Part shown: piece by piece, positions 7,924 to 16,311 of the stretch | How the letters are laid out: every line of letters begins with the position of its first letter | Position numbering within the stretch: position 1 is the first letter of the stretch | Source: Planctomycetota bacterium | GTDB lineage: Bacteria; Planctomycetota; GCA-002687715; DRQF01 | DNA: 16,311 nt | Assembly: GCA_027001995.1 (NCBI GenBank) | Contig: JALTLO010000103.1 | Coordinates: 1 to 16,311 of the forward strand | Reading direction: 5' to 3' | Notes under the pieces: generated by a model | The model's database searches: none | What the model saw: only the letters and a program-made list of their open reading frames with translations | What the model was told of the DNA's origin: nothing | Translations under genes and position numbers: made by a program

Positions 7924-8661
7924 TTAGGAACGACCAAAAAGACGTTTCCATTGCAGCAACAAGACAGTCGTGGCCATATCAAAACCATCGAAGATGGGAT
8001 GAACGCGGGAAGCGTCGCGATGTTCCCAAGAAACAGGAACCTCAATGATTTTCAAACCGTGATCTTGAGCCAACATCAAGAACTCTACGTCCCATGCAAA
8101 TCGATCAACGGTGAGCTTCGACAAGAATGCTTCAATCGACTCGCGGTGCACCAACTTGAATCCACACTGAGTGTCGCGAAAAGACAACCCTGTGAGTATC
8201 CGAATGAGAAGATTAAATGTCTTACCCAAATGTTCCCTGACGAAAGATTGACGAATCGCCACATCACTCTCTGGCAAGTCTCTGGAACCTATGGCTATTT
8301 GAGCCGATTCTTCTCTCAACCGTTGGCTCAACTTGAGGAGTTCTGTCCAGGGCGTTGACATATCCGCATCGGCAATAAGAACCCAGTCTGAGGTGGCCTC
8401 TTGCAAACCCAAGCGAACAGCATGCCCCTTGCCGCGATTCCTCTCACTCTTCATCACCCTTAGTTGAGGAAGCTTGTCCCGAAAAGCCAATGAAACAGAG
8501 ACCGTCTGGTCAGAGGAGCCATCATCGACTAGCAAGATTTCCCTTATCTCAAGGCCAACCAAGTCCTTCTCTATGGCAAAAAGGGCATCTAACGTTGACG
8601 GGAGCCGTTCTTGCTCGTTAAAAGCAGGAATAACGATGGTTGTCGATATGGGTTCGGTCAT
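7924..8661 (-). CDS. GT2 glycosyltransferase, polyprenyl/dolichyl-phosphate glucosyl- or mannosyltransferase-like
   Basis: IVIPAFNEQERL, VDDGSSD, NRGKGHAVRLG, DADMS, DTQCGFKL, FAWDVEFL, EVPVSW motifs. Confidence 0.93.
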   Translation of the reverse strand: MTEPISTTIVIPAFNEQERLPSTLDALFAIEKDLVGLEIREILLVDDGSSDQTVSVSLAFRDKLPQLRVMKSERNRGKGHAVRLGLQEATSDWVLIADADMSTPWTELLKLSQRLREESAQIAIGSRDLPESDVAIRQSFVREHLGKTFNLLIRILTGLSFRDTQCGFKLVHRESIEAFLSKLTVDRFAWDVEFLMLAQDHGLKIIEVPVSWEHRDASRVHPIFDGFDMATTVLLLQWKRLFGRS

Positions 8662-8789
8662 ATGCTCAACTGTGCCGACAATATCTATCTAAGAGCCTCA
8701 GTGAGAATCCTTATACCACGGCGGAAGATAAGGAACAGGGGGTCTACAACTGAGATCAACAAATCTCAACGAGAACTTCACAGCAGTGA

Positions 8790-10583
8790 ATGGGCGCCAT
8801 GAACGTAGAACTACCATCCACATCGGCTATTTGCCTCCTCCTCTTGGGAGGCCTGGGGATCATTGCATCTTTATTTGCCCTCTTGGGTAGTTCCTGCCCC
8901 AAGAATGACCGCCCGCCCAGGGGGACCAATGCCAAGCAGATCACTCTTATTGTTCTTCTGGGCATCTTGGTTCTTGCTTTTGCCGTCAGATATCGTGGCA
9001 TCACCGAACGGGGCATGACCCATGTGGAAGCCTATGTACCAGGTCTTCCACTACCACCGGGCATCTCAACACCCCCGCAACGACAAACATGGGCCGAGAC
9101 TCTGTGGTTTCATTTTCATGAAGAGCCCCATCCTCAAGCCTACTATTTCACCATGTTGCCTTGGACGAAGACCTTTGGCACATCTCTTTTGACCATCCGA
9201 TTGCCCAGCCTTGTTTTCAACCTTCTGAGTGTTCTTTTGCTCTTCTTCTTGGTGAGAAGAGAAAGCCATGATTGGACAGCACTCATGGCCGCATCTCTCT
9301 TAGCCTTTCATGGACACCAGATCTATTGGAGTCAACAGGCACGCATGTATGCCATGGGCTCATTCTTAGGTCTCGTGAGCACTTACAACCTCTTTACTTT
9401 GCTGAGAGGTGAGCAAAGGAGAACCACAAGGTTCTTCTACGTTCTATCAACCTTAGGGGGGCTGAGCACCCAGATTTTCTTTTGGCCTTTCTTGGCAGCT
9501 CAGATGTTCTTGGTGGCTTGCCTGAGGGGACAAGAGAAGGGGAAACTCCGCGGTCTTTTCACTCTCCAAGCTCTGGTCGTCACACTCGGTACACCCTTGT
9601 GGACCCATGCTCTTTATCGGGCGCGAAGTGCCCCCCTCTTGGGCCCATCATGGGATTTCACTTCTCACTTCTTCAGCCTGGGGTTTCTCTTTGAAAACGA
9701 CGTTTTTAGTTTGCCCACAAGAAATGCTCCCCCAGGTCCAGCGACTTTGGCAATCATCCTCACTTTGATTGGTCTCGGCTTGGCTCTATTCGCAAGACGA
9801 AAGTCAAAGAATTTCCCCTGCGAAGAAGAAGTCGCTGAGGTACCCTTCAAACTCCGCGTCTTCACTGCCGTGATGAGCGCTCTCTTTATTGTCGGTCTGG
9901 CAGCCACGGCCAGAAGCCGCCAACCCTACCTCTATGCCTCAGCCCTGCTTCCTTTCTTAACCCTCATTTTGCCCTGGTTTCAGACACAAGTGGCTCAAAT
10001 TGCTGGCTACCTTGGAAGTCATTGGCTGCGACAGTCAGCCGGTGCCCCCTTTGTCATCTTAAGCTTAGTACCCTTTGCCCTTCTCATGGGAGTTGGGGTG
10101 GTCTCCCCCCTTCTTAAGAGTCGCGGCATGATCACTTTTGTGCCCTACTTGGTGGGAGCAGTCGCCATCGGTTGGAGCACCTTGACGCAAGAACCCAAAA
10201 AGGTATTACTCTTGGCCCTGCTTTTCGCTTGGCCCCTAAGCACCAGTATCCAGTTCTATCAAGAAACCCCCGAACCCAATGCTCATCGGGAGATCGCCTC
10301 CCGACTAAAGAAAGCGCTTCAAGATGAGGATCTCATCTTTGTGAAAGGAAAAGATTGGACCACCACACCGTCGCTTTATCACTTATATGAAGAACGACAC
10401 CGACTTGTGGGAGCCAACTGGAAAGAAGCAACGAAGAGATTGCCCCAAGGGCGTATCTGGGTCTTGACCTATAGTGACATACCAGCGCCAAAAGCCTTAA
10501 TGCTCTCATTGAAGGATTATCGCATCCAAAAGACCCTGACCTCCCGACGATGCCAGGCAAGGCTCTTTGTCATCGACCGCTGA
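8790..10583 (+). CDS. Polytopic GT-C fold glycosyltransferase (GT39/PMT_2/ArnT-like)
   Basis: Many hydrophobic segments. EPHPQAYY, IRLPSLVF and YWSQQARMYAM resemble the HPPLY, RLPS and YSQEARMY motifs. Soluble C-terminal domain. The start could be 8790 or 8799. Confidence 0.85.
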   Translation: MGAMNVELPSTSAICLLLLGGLGIIASLFALLGSSCPKNDRPPRGTNAKQITLIVLLGILVLAFAVRYRGITERGMTHVEAYVPGLPLPPGISTPPQRQTWAETLWFHFHEEPHPQAYYFTMLPWTKTFGTSLLTIRLPSLVFNLLSVLLLFFLVRRESHDWTALMAASLLAFHGHQIYWSQQARMYAMGSFLGLVSTYNLFTLLRGEQRRTTRFFYVLSTLGGLSTQIFFWPFLAAQMFLVACLRGQEKGKLRGLFTLQALVVTLGTPLWTHALYRARSAPLLGPSWDFTSHFFSLGFLFENDVFSLPTRNAPPGPATLAIILTLIGLGLALFARRKSKNFPCEEEVAEVPFKLRVFTAVMSALFIVGLAATARSRQPYLYASALLPFLTLILPWFQTQVAQIAGYLGSHWLRQSAGAPFVILSLVPFALLMGVGVVSPLLKSRGMITFVPYLVGAVAIGWSTLTQEPKKVLLLALLFAWPLSTSIQFYQETPEPNAHREIASRLKKALQDEDLIFVKGKDWTTTPSLYHLYEERHRLVGANWKEATKRLPQGRIWVLTYSDIPAPKALMLSLKDYRIQKTLTSRRCQARLFVIDR

Positions 10584-10594
10584 CCTGACTCGCC

Positions 10595-11770
10595 CTACTC
10601 GCCAATGGAACCAGGGGACCAATGTTTTTGCCATCGCGGGTTCTTCGATGACATGTCCGTGGCATAGATATCGTCAGGCCCTAAGTGAGACGTCATGCCC
10701 AATTGGTCCATCAAGAAATGAGAGATCCACTTCTCAATCTTGAGAACAATGATCTTCTTGCGCAGCCGTCCCTGCATATCGCGATTGAGAATTGTGGGCA
10801 CCGAATTGGTGGTGATGATTTCATCCAAAATGTCCTTGGACAAGACAGCTCGACATTCCTCTGAAGAGTAAAAATGCGTTACGCCGAAGACCACACGTCT
10901 TGGGTTGCCCACTCGCAGTTTACGACAACATTCAATGATGGTGGACCCCGTCCGCACCATGTCATCAACAATCAAAACATCCTTGTCTGCGATGTCGTCA
11001 ATATCAACTTCTGAATCAGAAGAGACCCGGGCCTCAACCGAACGTTCCCCGAACCGCGTCTTGGTAAATTCGAGGAGCGCTGTCTTCGTAAATCCTAATG
11101 CCTGGCGCATGCCCTTGGCAAATTCAGCGGCTCCACCATCGGGAGCACAGATAACTAAATTCTCACCATCGGGTCCGGGAGCAAGAACGTCGGAGTCTTG
11201 AATATAGTGGGCAAAAACTGGATCGGGGGAAAGATTACGATAGCCCCATGGAAGACAGCGTTCGAATTCCCTTCCAACCGCTGCCGAGTGATTGTGAATC
11301 GTCACAGCTCCAGTCACCCCAGCCGCCTGAAGGCACTCAGCATAGAGTCGGGCAGAAAAAGCCTGACCATCAAACTTAGCCAAGTCCTCTTCATCCCGGA
11401 AAAAATCAACAACACCTTGGTCAGGCCGAGGCCCTCGATCTTGAGCTGAATAGAATAAATCTGGCTCCAAAAGAATGATCTCTTTGGCGCCATTGTCCTT
11501 TGCGGCCCGGGCGACAATGAGATTCCGCATGGCCAAAGCATCCCGGGAGTAGTGCCCCGAAGCCGTAGAGACAAGAACAACTGTCTTATTCTCCAGGCCA
11601 AAGCCCACTTTGGCACCATTGGGCTTGAGGAAGAGAGGACAGAATTCACGATTGGCGAAACTTCTTAAGGAGATCAGATCCGCGACCTCTTCCACTTGCC
11701 CCATGGCATGAGCTACATCGATGGCAAAGGGGTTGTCTGATTCTGTTCCGACGACGACCAAATCAACCAT
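10595..11770 (-). CDS. prs: Ribose-phosphate pyrophosphokinase (PRPP synthetase) family protein, divergent
   Basis: FANREF, YSAQDR, APDGGA, PRPP-binding VLIVDDMVRTGSTI, GVTH and IITTNSVP motifs. SD-like aagga upstream. Confidence 0.85.
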   Translation of the reverse strand: MVDLVVVGTESDNPFAIDVAHAMGQVEEVADLISLRSFANREFCPLFLKPNGAKVGFGLENKTVVLVSTASGHYSRDALAMRNLIVARAAKDNGAKEIILLEPDLFYSAQDRGPRPDQGVVDFFRDEEDLAKFDGQAFSARLYAECLQAAGVTGAVTIHNHSAAVGREFERCLPWGYRNLSPDPVFAHYIQDSDVLAPGPDGENLVICAPDGGAAEFAKGMRQALGFTKTALLEFTKTRFGERSVEARVSSDSEVDIDDIADKDVLIVDDMVRTGSTIIECCRKLRVGNPRRVVFGVTHFYSSEECRAVLSKDILDEIITTNSVPTILNRDMQGRLRKKIIVLKIEKWISHFLMDQLGMTSHLGPDDIYATDMSSKNPRWQKHWSPGSIGE

Positions 11771-11890
11771 GGTGACCGCGTCCTTTCATTGAGACGGCTT
11801 TCTCGGGCCAAGGAAACCAATTGCCTTGTCCCTATCGACTTCCTTCTCTGTGAACTCTACCTCATTTGTTCGACTTGTTCCCATCTTGAC

Positions 11891-11918
11891 TTGAAAGCCA
11901 CTGGGCTCCGTCTACGAT
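11891..11918 (+). promoter_or_regulatory. Putative sigma70 promoter for a leaderless HAD transcript
   Basis: ttgaaa (11891-11896), 16-nt spacer, tacgat (11913-11918), then ATG 6 nt later. No SD. Confidence 0.5.
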
Positions 11919-11924
11919 TCGACC

Positions 11925-12632
11925 ATGCTTATTCTATTCGATATTGACGCAACATTGATCAAGACGTCCCGAGCTGGTCTTTATGCCATGGCTGAGGGGT
12001 TTGAATTCCTGCACAATCGTCCCTGCTCCTTGGAAGGCATCCAGTACGCTGGCTGCCTAGATCCAGTCATTTTTGGCAACGTCTTAGCCAAAAACGGCGT
12101 GGAAGTGAATCCCAGCAACATCGAAGACTTTCGCAACGAATACCGCAAAGGGTTGGAATCACGGTTGGAAGTGCCTGGCACCGGATATTTGCTTGAAGGC
12201 GCCAAGGAATTGGTCACGATCTTGGCCGACCTCAAAGAAGTTACTTTGGGCCTTCTCACGGGGAATTATGAAGATACTGGGCGGCTTAAGTTGGGACGAT
12301 GCGGACTCGATACCACGCCCTTCGTCATCAACGCTTTCGGCGATGAATCTCCCTATCACCCGCCCTTGAGAAAGCATCTGGTTGAAGTCGCACTGACTCG
12401 TTACCAAAACAAATTCCAAAACCCGATTTCTCCAGAGCGGGTGGTTGTCATTGGCGACTCGCCTCATGATGTTTCTTGCGCCAAAGACAATGGCTGCCGA
12501 TCTCTCGCCGTTGCCACCGGCCTCCATGACACCACGACTCTGCATGACTGCGGAGCAGATCTTGCGGTGGAATCGTTAGCGAACACAGATGACTTGGTCC
12601 GTTGGATGCTCAACGATCCAAGGTCGAATTGA
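11925..12632 (+). CDS. HAD-superfamily hydrolase (phosphoglycolate phosphatase-like)
   Basis: Motif I LFDIDATL, motif II LLTGN, motif IV IGDSPHDV, and AVATG. Confidence 0.92.
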   Translation: MLILFDIDATLIKTSRAGLYAMAEGFEFLHNRPCSLEGIQYAGCLDPVIFGNVLAKNGVEVNPSNIEDFRNEYRKGLESRLEVPGTGYLLEGAKELVTILADLKEVTLGLLTGNYEDTGRLKLGRCGLDTTPFVINAFGDESPYHPPLRKHLVEVALTRYQNKFQNPISPERVVVIGDSPHDVSCAKDNGCRSLAVATGLHDTTTLHDCGADLAVESLANTDDLVRWMLNDPRSN

Positions 12633-12684
12633 GGTCGTTTGATTCAAGAAGTCCCAGACGCCACAATCTCTTGAGCAAATCAGG

Positions 12685-14499
12685 TTAGCGCTGAGTCAAG
12701 ACCAACCTTCCATTTTGACTATCATTTTCGATATGGAATTGCCCCAAGAAGTCCATACCCAGCAGTCCGTAGCCACTACTACCGGACAAGTTCCCCACAA
12801 CGACGCTGATCCCCCCCACCGACAGATCCCCAAGACTGAGACGGTCGACGGGAGAGTAGGGAACAATTCTGGTGTTGCCTGCGGTTTGAAGTTTCACTTT
12901 GGGTACACGATCCGAAGTATCCAATCCCGCTCGACGGGCTAACTCCTCTGGCACCATGCTCGTAGTTGCCCCTGTATCAATCACGAATTCGCCGTTGGCC
13001 CGATTGTTCAAACGTACCGTCACAATGATAGAGCGGGATCCCGGAGGGTAATCAACAACAAATTTACCGGGCCCTGCCGCCAATCTTTCTGCGCGGGCAA
13101 TCAAAGGTCTCAAGCGCGGTTCTAAGGACCCATCATCAGCAATCGCATCGAGCATGGCCCCAACGGCGTCCAGATAGCGACGTTGCTTCAGGAGCAGTTC
13201 GCTTTGCAGTACCAGAATCTGAGCGGATCCTCCCGTATCGCCCAGGGCCCGGTCAATCACATCCAAAGCAAGAGCCATTTGCCCCTGGTCCACGAATGAC
13301 TGAGCCCAGGTGAAGTAAACCACATTCTTGGCTGCATCTAAGTCCCGGACTTGATCCGGTGCCACACGCCAGACACTCACCCACGCCCGAATAGACTCTT
13401 CGTATGCCCCCACGGTGAGGGCCACCTTAGCTAAGTCTCTCCATAGGTCACCATTGTTCGGCAAGTCATGAACTGCTTGGCTCAAAAATTCGAACCGACC
13501 TCGGGGCTTCGTTCCTATTGGCAAAGACACCAAGTGCCCCAAGACAGCAGACAAGAATTCGCCTCGAATTTCATCGAAAATCTCAGGACGCCTTGAGACG
13601 ACAATGCGAAAAGTCTCCACTGCTTTAAGGAAACGTCTGAGAGTCAGAGCATGTCGGGCTTCAGCGAGTAACACATCGACGGAACCTTCATGGTAAATGC
13701 GAAAGTAATCAGCGAGCTTCAGTTCTAGGATTCTCAAACGTTGCAGATGGAATGCAGAGGTCTCCAGGAGTTTCGGTTTCCCCCCGGTTGTCATGGGTAG
13801 GATAAAACCCAACCACATTTTATCTTGGTTAAAAGCGTAACCACCCAGAGAGAAGTCGATGGCACCTTCAAGGTGGCGGTATTCCATACGGTCACCCGGA
13901 TCGACAAACAACTCTCTGGCAAGCGCTGGCTTGTAATCCGCCCTCGGTCGCTCGCAAGTCTTCACCCACAATTGATCACCCATGGAAGGCAGAGACCCCA
14001 TGGGGCCCCAAGACTCCGCCCTCGATTCTGCTTCCACCACAGCCAAAGAACCACGGTCATCTAATCCTCGGATTTGAATCACCCGGCTCAATCCTGCTTT
14101 GCTGGAGATCGTTGCTGACCGAATCCCTTGAATCGCCCCAATGGGCACAAGAAAAAGTCCTTCCCCCACGGGAGCCGCAGGCCACTTTCGGCTGGGATTG
14201 CCTTGGGCATCGAACCCAGTCAGGACAAATGCCGCCCCCGGGAGCGAACGACTTGGGCTCACCCTCCCTTGACGAGGCTGCTGCGGTGAAGCAGATGGCC
14301 TCGTTCTGACCGGATCTGGCCTCCTATCCCTCACCTCCAAGGTGTCGGAAGACTGGAGATTTCCCTCATTCTCTGCAAGATCGACCTTGAAAACTGGGTC
14401 TTCCACAGTGACTTCTGTCTCATTTCGAGGCAATTGATAACCGAGAGCTATCCCCAAAATGAAGGCAACAGCAATCGCAAAGGCTACTTTTCCCGTCAT
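12685..14499 (-). CDS. Membrane-anchored protein: degenerate trypsin-like domain + TPR-like helices + C-terminal retropepsin-like (clan AA) aspartic protease
   Basis: N-terminal TM segment. Helical repeats (DLWRDLAKVALTVGAYEESI). FVIDTGATTS (DTGA at 12967-12978) and GLLGMDFL. SD-like aagga upstream. Confidence 0.85.
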   Translation of the reverse strand: MTGKVAFAIAVAFILGIALGYQLPRNETEVTVEDPVFKVDLAENEGNLQSSDTLEVRDRRPDPVRTRPSASPQQPRQGRVSPSRSLPGAAFVLTGFDAQGNPSRKWPAAPVGEGLFLVPIGAIQGIRSATISSKAGLSRVIQIRGLDDRGSLAVVEAESRAESWGPMGSLPSMGDQLWVKTCERPRADYKPALARELFVDPGDRMEYRHLEGAIDFSLGGYAFNQDKMWLGFILPMTTGGKPKLLETSAFHLQRLRILELKLADYFRIYHEGSVDVLLAEARHALTLRRFLKAVETFRIVVSRRPEIFDEIRGEFLSAVLGHLVSLPIGTKPRGRFEFLSQAVHDLPNNGDLWRDLAKVALTVGAYEESIRAWVSVWRVAPDQVRDLDAAKNVVYFTWAQSFVDQGQMALALDVIDRALGDTGGSAQILVLQSELLLKQRRYLDAVGAMLDAIADDGSLEPRLRPLIARAERLAAGPGKFVVDYPPGSRSIIVTVRLNNRANGEFVIDTGATTSMVPEELARRAGLDTSDRVPKVKLQTAGNTRIVPYSPVDRLSLGDLSVGGISVVVGNLSGSSGYGLLGMDFLGQFHIENDSQNGRLVLTQR

Positions 14500-14740
14500 T
14501 CCGAGTCCTTTTGTCTCTCATCCATAAAGAGGAAACTACCACGATTTCGCTGCAAATCTCTGTGTTTATTGACTTTGTCAGATCTAAACGCCACCATACA
14601 ACCAACATGTGCAGCTTCCTTAGGCATTGGATCATTTCTGATTCGACGCCTCAAGGGATGGAATCATGGTCCAACTGCCAGAATATCACCAAGCCAGAAT
14701 AACTATCGTCACTGTTTTACTTAAGACGGGATTGAAGAGT

Positions 14741-16311
14741 ATGAACTTGAAAACCAGTGCCACATTCGTTTGCACCTGCGCAGTCCTGGGGCTTCTAGCC
14801 TCGGCTGTATCTGCACAAGCGACCCAAAGGCCAGAAGTGTCATCCACTCACATCGTGATGAGCGGAAACCCCATTGTCGACAACGCTCCCACAACCAACA
14901 ATGGTGGCAGCCCCGCCAACTGGCAATGGGCAAAGAACGAAGTCGACTTCGAAGCTGCGGATATTGATAAAGACGGCGACTTGGACATTTTGATTGCTGT
15001 CAAAGGCATCTACACACGTTCCTGGTCCAGACCCAATATCATCCTCATGAACAATGGTGCCGGGGTGATGACAGACATGACATCCACCTACAGCGATTGG
15101 GCGACGCGTATGAACAACAGTCGCGACATCGAAGCTGCTGACATCGACGGTGACTCCTGGTTGGACGCTATTGTCTACAATTCAGAAGGTGAACCTACCG
15201 AGATCTTCCTGAACTTGGGCAACGACATTAACGGCAACTGGCAAGGATTTGGCTTGACACCCGCTGCCACTTTGCCCAGCCCCAATGGTAGCGTTTGCGA
15301 AGGCCGAACTTTCGATTTCGACATGGATGGCAAATTGGACATCCTCCGGGCCAACTACAAGACATCGGCTCCAGACGACCTCTACCGCCAAACTCCTGGT
15401 CTCGGATTTACTTCGGCAGTGAATCTTCTGCCCAGCAGTTTTTGGGGATCTAGTTTCGGAAGCACTGTTCAAACACAAGACATTTTTGATGGCGGCATGC
15501 TTGACATCAACGGCGACGGTAACGGTGACGCCCTTCTGATTGGCTCCAGTGAAGCGAAATTGCTCCTTGGTGATGGAGTCAATGGTTTCTTGTCTTCCAG
15601 CGGTAACATTCCCCAATCCGCAACATACGCCGGTATTGCCGTTGACTTCGATCGCGATGGTCGTGTGGATATTTACCGAACGAATGACGGAAACGACTTC
15701 TGGCGCCGCAACGTAGGGACCAACGCCAATGGTTCCATTATTGAAAGCAGCACAGACAGCTCAACCTATGCCAATCGTGTTGGCGGCAACACCCACGTAT
15801 GCGACTTCAATGGTGATGGACTCCCTGACTTGTTCGTCAACCATGTTGATGTAGACCTGCCAGGCTTCCTTTCTAATCAGACGCTCAAGCTCTTCTTGGG
15901 AACAGGAAACCGCAATGCCATGTTCACTTTGGACAATGTGAACAACTACCCCATCAACACTCTTGACTCAGTCACCGCAGACTTCAATGGCGATGGCATC
16001 GAAGACATGATGACTGCGAGCATGGGTGGTTCATCCACCCCCCAGAACGCAAAGTTCTATTACTATCTTTCAGAGTCCTTCCGATCCCAGATGATCGAAA
16101 CGTCTCCTGATTTCTTGGAGTTCAGGGTATTCAAGATCCCAACAGGATCGACGCCCAATAGAACACTCTTTAACCTGTTTTCAGTAAACCCGAGCTTCCC
16201 AGTTGGTGGAGGCCCCATCATTGGCTTAGGAACTGACATCTTGCCTCAATTCTCTTTTGGCAATCCTTACCAAGTTTCCTTGCCAAATTTCATCGATTCC
16301 TTCTTCTTGCC
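14741..16311 (+). CDS. Secreted FG-GAP/VCBS repeat (beta-propeller) protein, 3'-truncated by the window edge
   Basis: Not in the ORF track because it has no stop in the window. Signal peptide MNLKTSATFVCTCAVLGLLASAVSA|Q. Seven DxDxDG-type repeats: DIDKDGDLD, DIDGDSWLD, DFDMDGKLD, DINGDGNGD, DFDRDGRVD, DFNGDGLPD, DFNGDGIED. Alternative in-frame ATG at 14666. Confidence 0.9.
   Translation, partial: MNLKTSATFVCTCAVLGLLASAVSAQATQRPEVSSTHIVMSGNPIVDNAPTTNNGGSPANWQWAKNEVDFEAADIDKDGDLDILIAVKGIYTRSWSRPNIILMNNGAGVMTDMTSTYSDWATRMNNSRDIEAADIDGDSWLDAIVYNSEGEPTEIFLNLGNDINGNWQGFGLTPAATLPSPNGSVCEGRTFDFDMDGKLDILRANYKTSAPDDLYRQTPGLGFTSAVNLLPSSFWGSSFGSTVQTQDIFDGGMLDINGDGNGDALLIGSSEAKLLLGDGVNGFLSSSGNIPQSATYAGIAVDFDRDGRVDIYRTNDGNDFWRRNVGTNANGSIIESSTDSSTYANRVGGNTHVCDFNGDGLPDLFVNHVDVDLPGFLSNQTLKLFLGTGNRNAMFTLDNVNNYPINTLDSVTADFNGDGIEDMMTASMGGSSTPQNAKFYYYLSESFRSQMIETSPDFLEFRVFKIPTGSTPNRTLFNLFSVNPSFPVGGGPIIGLGTDILPQFSFGNPYQVSLPNFIDSFFL

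Noticed and set aside
12213..12222. gtcacgatct match to the repeat core inside the HAD gene
   Set aside because: Only 10 nt, within coding sequence, and the flanks do not match. Likely chance.
14570..14580. tgac-ttt-gtca palindrome overlapping a ttgact -35-like hexamer in the divergent promoter region
   Set aside because: The 4-bp arms are too short to distinguish from chance, and there is no second copy.
14434..15616. Short ORFs in the track around and antisense to the FG-GAP gene, and other shadow ORFs across the window
   Set aside because: They overlap well-supported genes in other frames or strands and lack motifs.

Overview
Bacterial chromosomal window. The secreted-protein style suggests a Planctomycetota-like organism, but this is a weak inference. 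Left: an imuA-imuB-dnaE2 (imuABC) damage-induced mutagenesis cassette, with imuA 5'-truncated by the window edge. Next is a ~2.6 kb segment (5310-7923) bracketed by two copies of a 45-bp mini-element with imperfect inverted ends, sharing an exact 40-bp direct repeat. It carries a disrupted ORF and an intact secreted beta-helix/choice-of-anchor-Q protein with its own terminator, and no transposase or integrase. It separates dnaE2 from a convergent GT2 gene. Then come a divergent GT2 / GT-C glycosyltransferase pair, an atypical ribose-phosphate pyrophosphokinase, a probably leaderless HAD hydrolase, and a membrane-anchored protein with a degenerate trypsin-like domain, a TPR-like region and a retropepsin domain. 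The window ends in a secreted seven-repeat FG-GAP protein that runs off the right edge and is absent from the ORF track. The most notable observation is the repeat-bounded cargo cassette.
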